The position numbers were made by a program, and so were the translations under genes. Source: Burkholderiaceae bacterium (lineage in GTDB: Bacteria; Pseudomonadota; Gammaproteobacteria; Burkholderiales; Burkholderiaceae_B). From it: a stretch of 64,000 nucleotides of DNA. The notes below the pieces were generated by a model, which did no database searches, was not told the DNA's origin, and was given only the letters and a program-made list of their open reading frames with translations. Shown here piece by piece: positions 30,942 to 42,205 of the stretch. How positions within the stretch are numbered: position 1 is the first letter of the stretch; each line of letters starts with the position of its first letter. The DNA lies in the NCBI GenBank assembly GCA_034680345.1, contig JAXISZ010000008.1, positions 5,363 through 69,362 on the forward strand, written 5' to 3'.

Positions 30942-31667
30942 ATGCAAAAAAACGTGACCTCTGCTCAATTTGAATCGGTAAAGTTTGGTCCGTTGTATCG
31001 TCAAAGTATTGGAGTTGGTTCCGTGGGTTCTACTGATTTTATCGGTTCTGCGAATTTTATCGGTGGCCACCGCCGTCCAAAGCGAATGCATGGTGGTACT
31101 TTAGCAGGCGTTGTTTTAGGGCTGTTGGTGGGTTTGGTTGTGGCTTTGGGAGTGGCCCTTTATATTACTAAGGCGCCTATGCCGTTTGTAGATCAAGCTG
31201 TTAGGAAATCTGAGGCTGAGGTGGGTAAGTTGGCTGCTTCTGCTGTAAAGCAAGCGATGCCTTTGTCTGGTATTCAAAATGGTGCTGCGCCGTTTACTGG
31301 GGGCGGACAATTGCCACCAGACCCCAATGTGGTTTTATTGCCCAAAGAAGCGCGAGAATTTATAGCAACTGCCAATGCTTCTGGTAAAACAGGTACACAA
31401 GAAGCGGAAAAGTCACCAGCTTCGACCTCGGTCGTATTTTTTTTAGAAACAGGTAAATTCCGAGAAAATGAAGAGGCTGAACAAATGCGGGTGCGTTTGA
31501 TGTTGGTTGGTATTGAAGCCAATGTGGTTGAGGTGGTTGGTGACAGTGCTGCGCCACACCGTGTTCGGGTGGGGCCTTTTACTTCAGCAGATGAAGCGTA
31601 TCGGGCACGGGCACGCGTTACCGAAAACGGATTTGAAGCTAAATTGGTTAAATTGGGTCATTCATAA
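30942..31667 (+). CDS. SPOR-domain cell-division protein
   Basis: It has a single TM helix and a C-terminal SPOR-like domain (FFLETGKFRENEEAEQMRVRL...HRVRVGPFTSADEAYRARARV). Confidence 0.7.
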   Translation: MQKNVTSAQFESVKFGPLYRQSIGVGSVGSTDFIGSANFIGGHRRPKRMHGGTLAGVVLGLLVGLVVALGVALYITKAPMPFVDQAVRKSEAEVGKLAASAVKQAMPLSGIQNGAAPFTGGGQLPPDPNVVLLPKEAREFIATANASGKTGTQEAEKSPASTSVVFFLETGKFRENEEAEQMRVRLMLVGIEANVVEVVGDSAAPHRVRVGPFTSADEAYRARARVTENGFEAKLVKLGHS

Positions 31668-31675
31668 CAAAGTCA

Positions 31676-32380
31676 ATGAAAGTGGGCACAGAGATGGCAA
31701 TTGAAACAAAAGGTTCTTCGCGTCGACAGTTGTTAACAGCTTGTTCCGTTGGGGCTGCTTCCTTGGTGGGTTCAGGTTTGGGTATTTTTTCTTGGCCTGC
31801 CCAAGCGCAGTTGTCACCTACAACCTATCGAAAATTATCCAGCCCAGTTGCAACAACCACCGAGATGGTAGAGGTGTTGGAGTTTTTTTGGTACGGTTGC
31901 CCTCATTGTCACGAATTAGAACCTTTTTTGAATGAATGGGAAAAAGCCAAGGGAAAAACCATTTTATTTAAACGCATTCCTGTAGCGTTTCGTTCTGATT
32001 TGGTTGTGCATCAGAAACTGTTTTATGCTTTGGAAGTTTTAGGCCAATTGCCACAGTTACATGGCAAAGTGTTTAAAACCATACAAACTGAGCGCAATCG
32101 CTTACTTGATTTTGAAAGCCAACTTGCATTTGTGCAGCGCTTTGGGGTTGATGCCAAACTGTTTACAGAAGCGTTTAATTCTTTTGGCGTGGCCAGTAAA
32201 TGTATGCAGGCCACACAATTGGTAAAATCTTATCAAATCGATGGTGTACCTGCTATGGGTGTTGATGGTGTGTACACCACGAGCGCATCAATTGCTGGGG
32301 GCAGTTATTCAAGTATGCTGAAGGTTGTGGATCAGCTCATTGATTTACAACAGCAGGTTAGAAAGACCCGTAAAAAGTAA
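31676..32380 (+). CDS. dsbA: thiol:disulfide interchange protein DsbA
   Basis: It has a Tat/Sec-like signal and the thioredoxin active site FFWYGCPHCHELEP. Confidence 0.85.
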   Translation: MKVGTEMAIETKGSSRRQLLTACSVGAASLVGSGLGIFSWPAQAQLSPTTYRKLSSPVATTTEMVEVLEFFWYGCPHCHELEPFLNEWEKAKGKTILFKRIPVAFRSDLVVHQKLFYALEVLGQLPQLHGKVFKTIQTERNRLLDFESQLAFVQRFGVDAKLFTEAFNSFGVASKCMQATQLVKSYQIDGVPAMGVDGVYTTSASIAGGSYSSMLKVVDQLIDLQQQVRKTRKK

Positions 32381-32382
32381 TT

Positions 32383-33447
32383 GTGCTTTACATAATGTTT
32401 ATAGCCAACCGTATATTGATGTTTTGGTTTTCTTGGGTGTTGTCGCTCTGCGTATGCTTTGGATTATTCGGCTGCGCTTCAAAAGTTTCTGGTACATCGG
32501 TTAAAAATTCTTCAGGTCGTTTAGGGGCAGAGGCGGAGGGCTTTGGGTCTTCAGTGGCTGAAGGCAAAAGCCTGCCTAGTTGGCGTAAAAACAATGGCGG
32601 TTACTATATGGATGACGGCCCTTTAGACACCACGGGCATTGATTTTTAAAAAATACTTGAGCCAATTCCAAAAGTGGAGATTCTGCACCGTTTCGCCAAT
32701 CGTCCGTACAATGTATTTGGTACTGATTATGTGCCGCAAACCGACTTGCAGCAAACGTTTTCTCAAACAGGAACGGGCAGTTGGTATGGTAGAAAGTTTC
32801 ATGGCCAAAAAACATCCAGTGGTGAAATTTACGATATGTTTGCTATGACAGCGGCGCATCCCACCTTGCCTATTCCAAGTTACGCAAGGGTAACCCATAC
32901 GGCTTCAGGAAAGTCCGTGGTGGTTCGCGTCAATGACCGTGGTCCTTTTTTACATCAGCGGGTGATTGATTTAAGCTATGCGGCGGCCCATCGTTTGGGG
33001 TATGTGAAAGATGGCAGCGCAGCTTTGCATGTTGAAAAAATAACGCCATCCATGATTGTTCAAGGCCAGTCTTTTGGCCAAGGGGGTGCGTCTGTTAATG
33101 CGGTAGTTTCATCCCTCCGCCCGGTTGTTATGCCTGTTTTAGAGGCTACGGCGGGTGGTGTTACGGTTGCAGCTCCCCCTGAGTTTTCAGGGGGCAGTTT
33201 GGTGAAGCAAGCTTTAGGCGGTTTTTTTTTACAATTAGGGTCGTTTTCTGTTGAAGAGAATGCGCAAGCGTTAAAATCGCGGTTGTCGCTTGAGTTTTCT
33301 GCTGAGTTGCCTAATCTAATGTTAGTTCAAAAAACACCACTGATTCGCTTGGTGGCTGGGCCTTATCGTAATCGCGAGGACGCTTTGTCTGTTTCTTTGC
33401 GTTTAAAACAAGCGGCTGGGTTAAATACCTTTTTAATTACACGCTAA
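32383..33447 (+). pseudogene. rlpA: septal ring lytic transglycosylase RlpA interrupted by an in-frame TAA (32647-32649)
   Basis: ORFs 32383-32649 (lipobox LFGC, GGYYMDDGP) and 32674-33447 (LHRFANRPY, DPBB WYGRKFHGQKTSSGE, C-terminal SPOR) are in the same frame. Only one stop codon separates them. Confidence 0.75.
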
Positions 33448-33475
33448 ATTTTTTTATTTTTCTTGGGTTTTTTTC

Positions 33476-34015
33476 ATGGAACAATTTCACGGTACCACCA
33501 TCGTCAGTGTACGGCGTGGGCAGTATGTGGCTTTGGGTGGCGATGGTCAAGTCACTTTGGGTCATATTGTAATTAAAGGCACGGCGCGTAAAGTGCGACG
33601 TCTTTATCAAAATAAAATTTTGGCTGGCTTTGCGGGCGGTACTGCTGATGCTTTCACTTTATTTGAGCGTTTTGAGGGTAAATTAGAAAAGCATCAAGGT
33701 AATTTAATGCGCAGCGCCATTGAATTGGCTAAAGATTGGCGTACCGATCGTGCTTTGCGGCGTTTGGAGGCCATGTTGGCGGTGGCTGATACACAGCACA
33801 GTTTAATTATTACAGGTAACGGCGATGTACTGGAACCTGAGCATGGCCTTGTGGCCATTGGTAGTGGGGGGGCTTATGCCCAAGCAGCCGCTTTGGCTTT
33901 GTTGCATAACACCGAATTGGGGCCACGTGACATTATTTCTAAGGCACTTACCATTGCAGGCGACCTTTGTATTTATACCAATCAGCACCACACCATTGAA
34001 GAATTGAATCCATGA
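33476..34015 (+). CDS. hslV: ATP-dependent protease subunit HslV
   Basis: It has the N-terminal catalytic Thr context [10 protein letters not shown] and overlaps hslU through an ATGA. Confidence 0.95.
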   Translation: MEQFHGTTIVSVRRGQYVALGGDGQVTLGHIVIKGTARKVRRLYQNKILAGFAGGTADAFTLFERFEGKLEKHQGNLMRSAIELAKDWRTDRALRRLEAMLAVADTQHSLIITGNGDVLEPEHGLVAIGSGGAYAQAAALALLHNTELGPRDIISKALTIAGDLCIYTNQHHTIEELNP

Positions 34016-35385
34016 GCACCAAATTGCAGCACACAGTTGTTAATGACTTAACACCCCCACAAATTGTTGTGGAATTAGACAAACACATTGTTGGACAAGC
34101 AGCAGCCAAGCGAGCTGTAGCCATTGCTTTGCGCAATCGCTGGAGGCGTCAGCGGGTTGTCGAGCCATTGCGGCAAGAAATTACACCAAAAAATATTTTA
34201 ATGATGGGCCCCACTGGCGTTGGTAAAACCGAAATTGCCAGACGTTTGGCCAAGTTAGCCAATGCTCCCTTTATTAAAATTGAAGCCACCAAGTTTACTG
34301 AGGTCGGCTACGTTGGGCGGGATGTAGACACGATTATTCGAGATTTGGTTGAAATTTCATTTAAACAGCAGCGCGAACAAGCCGCAAAGGCCATTCATGC
34401 TGTTGCGAGTGAGGCGGCTTTAGAGCGCGTGCTCGATATTCTTTTGCCTCCCGCGGAGTCGGTACAAACAGCAGAAATTGCTGAAATTGCTCAAGTCCAA
34501 GCGCAAGAGGAAAATCCCACCCGCGTAAAGTTCAGAGAAAAATTGCGTTCGGGTCAGTTAGATGAAAAAGAAATTGAGGTGGAAGTGTCTTTGGGTTCAG
34601 CGCAAATTGACATTATGGGCCCACCAGGTATGGAAGACTTAACCTCACAGTTGCAGAGTATGTTTCAAAACTTAGGCAGCGCTAAGAAAAAAACCCGTAA
34701 AATGAAAGTCAGTGAAGCTTTGCGGGTGTTGTCTGATGAGGAAGCAGCACGGCGAGTCAATGAAGATGAAGTGCGCACCAAAGCCATTGCCAATGTCGAG
34801 CAAAATGGCATTGTTTTTTTAGATGAAATAGACAAAATTGCAAGCCGCAGCGACGCTCACGGTGCGGATGTTTCACGCCAAGGCGTACAACGCGATTTAT
34901 TGCCTTTGGTTGAGGGCACAACTGTTAATACCAAATATGGCATGATTAAAACCGATCATGTCTTATTTATCGCTAGCGGTGCTTTCCACTTGTCTAAGCC
35001 ATCGGACTTAATTCCTGAGCTGCAGGGGCGTTTTCCCATACGCGTTGAATTAGAATCTTTGTCTGTAGACGATTTTGTGCGTATTTTAACCAGCACTGAC
35101 GCCTGTTTAACGCTGCAATATCAGGCACTATTACAAACCGATGGCATTGATATTCAATTTACAACTGATGGTATTCAAACCATGGCAAAAATTGCCCACA
35201 GCGTGAATGAAACCACTGAAAACATTGGCGCTCGTCGTTTATATACGGTGATGGAAAAATTGCTGGAAGACATTTCCTTTCATGGTGTGGAAGAGGGTCA
35301 AACTGTACATATAGACCAAGCTTTTGTGTCATCGAAGTTAGGTGAAATCAGCGCTTCAGAAGACATGGCGCACTATATTTTGTAA
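34012..35385 (+). CDS. hslU: ATP-dependent protease ATPase subunit HslU
   Basis: It has Walker [16 protein letters not shown], Walker B VFLDEIDK and the I-domain. Confidence 0.95.
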   Translation: MSTKLQHTVVNDLTPPQIVVELDKHIVGQAAAKRAVAIALRNRWRRQRVVEPLRQEITPKNILMMGPTGVGKTEIARRLAKLANAPFIKIEATKFTEVGYVGRDVDTIIRDLVEISFKQQREQAAKAIHAVASEAALERVLDILLPPAESVQTAEIAEIAQVQAQEENPTRVKFREKLRSGQLDEKEIEVEVSLGSAQIDIMGPPGMEDLTSQLQSMFQNLGSAKKKTRKMKVSEALRVLSDEEAARRVNEDEVRTKAIANVEQNGIVFLDEIDKIASRSDAHGADVSRQGVQRDLLPLVEGTTVNTKYGMIKTDHVLFIASGAFHLSKPSDLIPELQGRFPIRVELESLSVDDFVRILTSTDACLTLQYQALLQTDGIDIQFTTDGIQTMAKIAHSVNETTENIGARRLYTVMEKLLEDISFHGVEEGQTVHIDQAFVSSKLGEISASEDMAHYIL

Positions 35386-35397
35386 GGAAATTGACCT

Positions 35398-35967
35398 ATG
35401 CAAAAGTTTTTTTCTAAATTGTCAGTTATCTCTGGTATTTTGAGTGTGGGTCTGGTTTGTAGTGGGTATGCGTTTGCGCAATTATCAGCCAGTGACGCTT
35501 GGGTGCGGGCCACTGTGCCGTCTCAAACCAGCACTGGTGCTTTTATGACCTTGAAAGCAGATGCTGCGGTTAAAATTGTGTCAGTCAGTACCCCTTTGGC
35601 ACACACCACTGAATTGCATCAAATGATCATTGGACCAAATGATCGCATGACAATGCGCAGTGTGCCGTCTCTGGATCTGGCTGCGGGTTCAGTATTGGAA
35701 TTAAAACCCGGGTCTTACCATCTGATGTTAGTACATTTGAAGCAAACTCCTTTGCAAGTGGGACAAGAAATACCACTGACTTTGAATTATCAAGTCGCTG
35801 ATGGCAAGCTGCAAATGTTGCGTATTAAGGCACAAGTTCGTGCAGCCAATGCCCAAGCTGGCTCTAAAAGGGGATCAGTGGAGACCTCTGTTGGTCAGAA
35901 AGCTGCAGATAAAGCTTCAAAAAACACATTGGATAAAGCGTCGCATTCAGTGCATCACGCCCATTGA
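35398..35967 (+). CDS. periplasmic copper chaperone PCu(A)C (DUF461)
   Basis: It has a signal peptide, AWVRATVP...GAFMTL, and His/Met-rich LHQMI...RMTMR and HLMLVHL motifs. Confidence 0.7.
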   Translation: MQKFFSKLSVISGILSVGLVCSGYAFAQLSASDAWVRATVPSQTSTGAFMTLKADAAVKIVSVSTPLAHTTELHQMIIGPNDRMTMRSVPSLDLAAGSVLELKPGSYHLMLVHLKQTPLQVGQEIPLTLNYQVADGKLQMLRIKAQVRAANAQAGSKRGSVETSVGQKAADKASKNTLDKASHSVHHAH

Positions 35968-35971
35968 TTAA

Positions 35972-36877
<906 letters not shown>

Positions 36878-36958
36878 TTTGCCTTAATTGCTAAACCTGT
36901 TTAACTGTTAATGCATGCTACTTCAACAATATAAAATATACATTTGGAGGTCTTGGCA

Positions 36959-37705
36959 ATGTCTAATTTTGGTTTTAAATCAGATGCATCTGGTGCTGAT
37001 GGGTTTGGGTTTTTAAAGCAATTTTGGGGTGGTTTGCCAAATTCCAGTGCAATCACACCCACCACAGATTTGCAAGAGTTGGATAAGCGGATTGCCGACC
37101 TTAAAACCGTTGAGCAATGGTTAAATCTTAATTTGAATATGTTGCGCACCACAATCCAAGGTATTGAGGTACAGCGTGCTACGTTGGCTACCTTGCGGTC
37201 TTTTGGTGCTAACATGGGTTTGTTTAGTCCGATGTCGGCTGCCAGTTCAGACAGTTCAAACCATAGTCCTACCTCTAGTTCAGATAATGCGGCACAAGCA
37301 CTTGCAGCCGAACAAATGGCCTCAGTGATGATGAGCAACGCCACCCATTGGTGGAGTATGATGCAAGAGCAATTCAATCGTGCCATGCACTCGGCTTTGC
37401 CCAATAGTTTGCAGACGCAGCCTGAGGTAGGGGCTTCATCGGAGTTGTTTCCACCTACCGTCGCTTCTGTTTTATATCCTGTGGAGGACCCTGCTGTAAC
37501 TGCAAAACAACGCAGTTCAGATGATGAAGGTGCTTCTGTTTCTAAAGTTTCAGGTGTCTCAGGGGCAGTGGAAGTGTCTGCAAATCTTTTTTCTGCTGAT
37601 TCTGCTTCCAAGTCATCGCTTATTTTGGAGCGTTCTACAGGGGCAGATCAAGGGAAAAAAACAGGCAAGAAAGCGCCGAAAACTGCAAAAATGCTGAAGG
37701 GTTGA
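36959..37705 (+). CDS. PhaM-like PHA-granule associated protein
   Basis: ELDKRIADLKTVEQWLNLNLNMLRTTIQGIEVQRATLATL matches the conserved PhaM core as I recall it. The tail is Lys-rich. A GGAGG lies 8 nt before the ATG at 36959, whereas the ORF track starts at a TTG at 36944. Confidence 0.6.
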   Translation: MSNFGFKSDASGADGFGFLKQFWGGLPNSSAITPTTDLQELDKRIADLKTVEQWLNLNLNMLRTTIQGIEVQRATLATLRSFGANMGLFSPMSAASSDSSNHSPTSSSDNAAQALAAEQMASVMMSNATHWWSMMQEQFNRAMHSALPNSLQTQPEVGASSELFPPTVASVLYPVEDPAVTAKQRSSDDEGASVSKVSGVSGAVEVSANLFSADSASKSSLILERSTGADQGKKTGKKAPKTAKMLKG

Positions 37706-37717
37706 GGGGGTAAAAGA

Positions 37718-39085
37718 TTGAATGCTTTGAACGTTATCATTCTAGCTGCTGGAAAAGGTACCCGTATGTACTCTGACATACCTAAAGTGCTGCATTCAAT
37801 TGCTGGGCGTCCAATGTTGGCGCATGTTTTACAAACAGCGGCAACACTGACCAGTACCCCGCCTGTGGTGGTTTATGGGCATGGTGGAGACCAAGTACAA
37901 GCAAAATTTACAAATACCAACGTGTCTTGGGTGTTACAAACCCCGCAGTTGGGTACGGGGCATGCAGTGCAGTTGGCTTTGCCGGTTTTGTCGCAAGCGC
38001 AAGCTACACTGATTCTATATGGTGACGTGCCTTTGATTGGTCAGGCAGCTTTAGAGCGTTTAATTGGTTTGTGTTCTGCTTCTCGCATGGGGTTGATGAC
38101 TCAGTTTTTAAAAAACCCTACGGGTTATGGTCGTATTGTGCGTAATCAAATGGGTCAAGTTCAAAAAATTGTTGAAGAAAAAGACGCCAATTCTGAGCAA
38201 AAAGCCATTCAAGAAGTTAATGCGGGTTTAATGTGTGTTCCTACTGATGCTTTGCGCGGATGGGTCAATGCTTTGAGCAATCACAATGCTCAAGGGGAGT
38301 ATTATGTAACTGATATTGTTGGTATGGCCGCAGAAAGTGGCGTTGAGGTGGCAACCTGCCAACCCGATGAAGATTGGGAGGTTTTGGGCGTTAATTCACG
38401 TTTACAACAGGCTGAGTTAGAACGGATTTACCAACAACAGCAGGCTAAGCGTCTGTTGAGTTCGGGCGTTACATTGGCTGATCTGGCGCGCATTGATATC
38501 CGTGGCGATTTGCAGTGTGGCAGAGATGTGTTTATTGATGTGGGTTGTGTGTTTGAGGGTGTGGTGCGGCTGGCTGATGGTGTTCGTATTGGGCCGTATT
38601 GTGTTATTCGTGAAAGTGAGATTGGTGCATTTTCTGAGGTGCATGCCTTTACGCACATAGACCAAGCTGTGGTTGGGGCGGCGGCACAAGTTGGTCCCTA
38701 TGCCCGTTTGCGACCAGGTGCTGATTTGGGTGATCAAGTTCATGTGGGTAACTTTGTAGAAATTAAAAATTCTCGCTTAGCTGCTAGCACCAAGGCTAAC
38801 CATTTGTCTTATATTGGCGACGCTGATGTGGGGCAGCGGGTGAATATTGGCGCGGGTACCATTACTTGCAATTACGATGGCGCTAACAAATATCGCACTA
38901 CAATTGGTAACGATGTGTTTATTGGTTCTGCTACTCAGTTAGTGGCTCCAGTGACAGTGGGCGATAATGCCACCATTGGCGCAGGCACTACCTTAGTTAA
39001 AGATGCGCCACCGGCTCAGCTTACCTTGTCGCGAGAAAAACAGAAAACCATTCTCGGATGGGTTCGACCCGTAAAAAAAACTTGA
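37718..39085 (+). CDS. glmU: bifunctional UDP-N-acetylglucosamine pyrophosphorylase / GlcN-1-P acetyltransferase
   Basis: It has LAAGKGTRM and C-terminal hexapeptide repeats. Confidence 0.95.
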   Translation: MNALNVIILAAGKGTRMYSDIPKVLHSIAGRPMLAHVLQTAATLTSTPPVVVYGHGGDQVQAKFTNTNVSWVLQTPQLGTGHAVQLALPVLSQAQATLILYGDVPLIGQAALERLIGLCSASRMGLMTQFLKNPTGYGRIVRNQMGQVQKIVEEKDANSEQKAIQEVNAGLMCVPTDALRGWVNALSNHNAQGEYYVTDIVGMAAESGVEVATCQPDEDWEVLGVNSRLQQAELERIYQQQQAKRLLSSGVTLADLARIDIRGDLQCGRDVFIDVGCVFEGVVRLADGVRIGPYCVIRESEIGAFSEVHAFTHIDQAVVGAAAQVGPYARLRPGADLGDQVHVGNFVEIKNSRLAASTKANHLSYIGDADVGQRVNIGAGTITCNYDGANKYRTTIGNDVFIGSATQLVAPVTVGDNATIGAGTTLVKDAPPAQLTLSREKQKTILGWVRPVKKT

Positions 39086-39116
39086 GTATTCGGGTATAAC
39101 CGAATGGGAGATTGTC

Positions 39117-40958
39117 ATGTGTGGCATAGTTGGGGCTATTGTTAAAAATAATTGTGTGCCGTTTTTAATTGATGGATTAAAGCGTTTGGAGTACCGTGGC
39201 TATGATTCTGCTGGTTTGGCTGTTGCAGACCCAAAAGATCATCATATTCGCCGCGCCCGCAGTGTTGGGCGTGTTGCGCAGTTAGAATTGCAAGCCGCTT
39301 ATTTAGAAGCCAAGCTGGGGATTGCGCACACCCGTTGGGCAACCCATGGTGTGCCCAGTGAACGCAATGCGCACCCGCACACCAGTGATGCCAATGGTTT
39401 TACTGTGACTGTGGTGCATAACGGTATCATAGAAAATCATGATGAAATTCGTCGTCAGTTAATGGTGGCTGGTTACGTTTTTAGCTCCGATACTGACACA
39501 GAAGTCATTGCCCATTTAGTGCATCAAAACATGACTCGTGGGCAAACCTTATTGGCAGCTACACAAGCAGCGACTAAGCGGTTACAAGGTGCGTTTGCAA
39601 TTGCTTTAATTGCATCAAATGCACCAAACACCTTAGTGGCAGGTCGCAAGGGTGCCCCTTTATTAGCAGGTTTGGGTGAAGGCGAAGTTTATATTGCCTC
39701 TGACGCTTCAGCTTTGGTTTCTAAAACTCAGCGTATTGTTTATCTTGAAGAAGGCGATGTGTTGTGTGCCAATTTGGAAGGTATTGCCATTTACAATGCC
39801 CGTGGTGAAGTTGCCAACCGTTCGGTGGTCACTAGCGAATTGTCTGCTGATGCTGTAGAACTTGGTCCTTACCAGCATTACATGCAGAAAGAAATTTTTG
39901 AGCAATCTGGTGCAATTGCAGCCACTTTAGAAATGGTGAGCAATGCCAATGCCATTAGCCCCGAGCTTTTTGGGGCGGAGGCTGCACCGGTTCTTAACCA
40001 GGTTGGGCAAATTGTGATTTTGGCTTGTGGCACCAGTTACCATGCGGCGTTGGTGGCGCGTTATTGGTTGGAAAGTATTGCTGCTGTGCCCACAAGTGTT
40101 GAAATTGCCAGTGAATATCGGTACCGTGACAGCGTTTGTTTGCCCAATACTTTGGTCATTACTGTGTCGCAATCGGGTGAGACGGCCGATACATTGGCGG
40201 CGTTACATCATGCACACAACCACGGCGTGGAACACACGTTAAGTATTTGCAACGTGCCTGAGTCAGCCTTGATGCGAGCATCGCGGTTAAAATTTTTAAC
40301 CCGCGCAGGCCCTGAAATTGGGGTGGCTTCAACCAAGGCATTTACCACACAATTGGCGGCTTTATTTACCTTTACGTTAGTTATGGCTAAATTGCGAGGC
40401 CGTTTAGATTCTGTTCAAGAAGCGATGCTTTTGGCTCAGCTGCGGCATTTGCCTGCGGCGGTGGCCAAAGTGTTGGAAATTGAAGCGGATATTAAAGTGT
40501 GGGCGCAGCGCTTTGCGCAAAAACAGCACACGCTTTTTTTGGGTCGAGGTGTGCATTATCCTATTGCTATGGAAGGTGCTTTAAAGCTAAAAGAAATTTC
40601 TTATATCCATGCTGAGGCCTATGCAGCTGGCGAGCTTAAGCATGGTCCTTTGGCTTTGGTGGATGCACAAATGCCTGTGATTGCTGTTGCTCCCAACGAC
40701 CTTTTAATTGAAAAATTAAAATCCAATTTACAAGAGGTGAGCGCTCGTGGCGGTGAATTGTTTATTTTTGCTGACCGCGACACCCGCATGCAGTCCTGTG
40801 ATGGTGTGCATGTCCTGAATTTACTGGATCACGCTGGGTATTTATCGCCCATTTTACATGTGTTGCCTTTGCAGCTTTTGTCTTACCATGTGGCCTTGGT
40901 TAAGGCTACAGATGTGGATAAACCTCGCAATTTGGCTAAGAGTGTTACGGTGGAATAA
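39117..40958 (+). CDS. glmS: glutamine--fructose-6-phosphate aminotransferase
   Basis: It has the MCGIVGA N-terminal nucleophile, SIS domains and the C-terminus [13 protein letters not shown]. The last codons lie inside the island's left repeat. Confidence 0.95.
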   Translation: MCGIVGAIVKNNCVPFLIDGLKRLEYRGYDSAGLAVADPKDHHIRRARSVGRVAQLELQAAYLEAKLGIAHTRWATHGVPSERNAHPHTSDANGFTVTVVHNGIIENHDEIRRQLMVAGYVFSSDTDTEVIAHLVHQNMTRGQTLLAATQAATKRLQGAFAIALIASNAPNTLVAGRKGAPLLAGLGEGEVYIASDASALVSKTQRIVYLEEGDVLCANLEGIAIYNARGEVANRSVVTSELSADAVELGPYQHYMQKEIFEQSGAIAATLEMVSNANAISPELFGAEAAPVLNQVGQIVILACGTSYHAALVARYWLESIAAVPTSVEIASEYRYRDSVCLPNTLVITVSQSGETADTLAALHHAHNHGVEHTLSICNVPESALMRASRLKFLTRAGPEIGVASTKAFTTQLAALFTFTLVMAKLRGRLDSVQEAMLLAQLRHLPAAVAKVLEIEADIKVWAQRFAQKQHTLFLGRGVHYPIAMEGALKLKEISYIHAEAYAAGELKHGPLALVDAQMPVIAVAPNDLLIEKLKSNLQEVSARGGELFIFADRDTRMQSCDGVHVLNLLDHAGYLSPILHVLPLQLLSYHVALVKATDVDKPRNLAKSVTVE

Positions 40959-40974
40959 TTTTCTTTTGACCTTT
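40947..40974 (+). repeat. left junction repeat (attL-like), includes the last glmS codons and stop
   Basis: ACGGTGGAATAATTTTCTTTTGACCTTT matches 54472-54499. The 11-bp core is perfect, and ~24-25 of ~29 aligned positions are identical. Confidence 0.65.
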
Positions 40975-41043
40975 TTCGGGGTCAAAGTTCAATCGTCCGC
41001 ATACCTTCGTGTTCGAGTTCGGGTTGAAACCAAAGCTCTGTCC

Positions 41044-41280
41044 TTGGGATACCTTGACCCTGCGCATCAAGCCCTGATCGACCGCATCCTGAGGCTTCAC
41101 CAAAACGGTATGAATTGCCGCCAGATTGGAGACCACCTGAATGAGTTGGGGGTGACCTCTTGGGGCGGGAAACGGTTCTATCCGGAACTGGTGTTTGGAG
41201 TGGTCAGGAAGGCTAGGATCAAGGCTGAACGGATATCTGATGCTTTGATGGAAGTACGGTGTGAAATTGTTTCAAATTGA
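41044..41280 (+). pseudogene. serine-recombinase 'recombinase domain' fragment lacking the catalytic N-terminus
   Basis: LDPAHQALIDRILRLHQNGMNCRQIGDHLNELGVTSWGGKRFYPELVFGVVRKA fits the recombinase-domain pattern (IAxxLNxxGVxTxxGxxW). No resolvase catalytic domain lies upstream, because glmS is there. Confidence 0.45.
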
Positions 41281-41349
41281 TTTTCTTGATGCGAAACTTT
41301 GCAAATCGATCAAGAAATTTGAAGCATTAGAGACCTGTTGGATCGCTGG

Positions 41350-41811
41350 TTAACTTGCTAAAAATCCACGCCTGACACGCCATAACAAGTAGCAAAATAG
41401 GAAGCTAGCAAGCGCACCAGACAAGCCCAGTGCCGCACTGATCACATCGCCTTCAACTCTGTATTCGTGTAAACCCAAGGCAGAGAACAAAAGAAGGAAA
41501 AAAGCCCCTCCGAGAAATGCTGTAACTAGATAGAGCTGGACAACGCTCAACATCAATCGCCGAGCCATCGACGGCACAGGGATGGATTTCTGTTTCAGAT
41601 ATATCGATACAACAGTGGGCAACAAAGCAAGAAAATACGCCGTCAATTTGATGTGGTCGGGGTAAGGAATGTTGCCCCATCGTTCGTATGCGTACATCGA
41701 CCAGCGAATGTCTTCAACAACCAACGAAACTATCATCAGAACAGAAGCCCCAATCAAAAAAGTGTGTAAGTTTAGGCGTTTCATATTTTGAGTCGTACAG
41801 GGCAATCTCAA
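41350..41811 (-). CDS. hypothetical 4-TM membrane protein
   Basis: The hydrophobic helices are clear. The likely start is the ATG at 41784 (MKRLNLHTF). I recognise no domain. Confidence 0.45.
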   Translation of the reverse strand: MRLPCTTQNMKRLNLHTFLIGASVLMIVSLVVEDIRWSMYAYERWGNIPYPDHIKLTAYFLALLPTVVSIYLKQKSIPVPSMARRLMLSVVQLYLVTAFLGGAFFLLLFSALGLHEYRVEGDVISAALGLSGALASFLFCYLLWRVRRGFLAS

Positions 41812-42205
41812 AGGACTTGAGGCTTCTGCTTCCGTTGGAAGCCTCGCTTATCTAAAAAATTGGCATTCCCTATCCAAGGACTACGGGAAGTAGCCCTAGC
41901 CCCGCCACGATTGGTACATCTTTAGACGAGGCTCTAACAATAGCTGAGATGTAGACATCTCTATGAGAATCTTCAAGGGTTCCACCGCCACTCTACAAAA
42001 CACCGTCAAATTCTGGTTAAAAAACCGCACCCAGGGCATACAACCTGTACCACATCTTTTGAGTAGTTAGCACGCCAAGACCGAGAACGAAATCAAAAAA
42101 ATCATCAAAGTCTCACGTCGAACCAAAACCTGAATTTTCACATCACCGGCAATAAATGTCAGCGTTCCACCTACACATTACCTTAAGATTGAGAAAAAAA
42201 GGACA

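Noticed and set aside
32383-33447. Annotating 32383-32649 and 32674-33447 as two independent genes.
   Set aside because: They share a frame, and RlpA homology is continuous across a single stop. The second part lacks an export signal.
36901-37611. The 236-aa minus-strand ORF.
   Set aside because: It is antisense to the PhaM-like gene, which has a conserved core motif and a good SD. The minus-strand product is Ser/Ala/Cys-rich with no features.
40965-40986. The hairpin TTTGACC-N8-GGTCAAA as the glmS terminator.
   Set aside because: It has a 7-bp stem and no following T tract. It may act weakly, but I cannot support calling it a terminator. The better terminator-like structure is at 54573-54609.
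40858-41280. The 140-aa ORF as a single real gene overlapping the end of glmS.
   Set aside because: Its first ~60 codons are an alternative frame of glmS and the junction repeat, with no protein-like features. Only the part from ~41044 onward resembles a recombinase domain. I treat it as a remnant, not a 140-aa protein.
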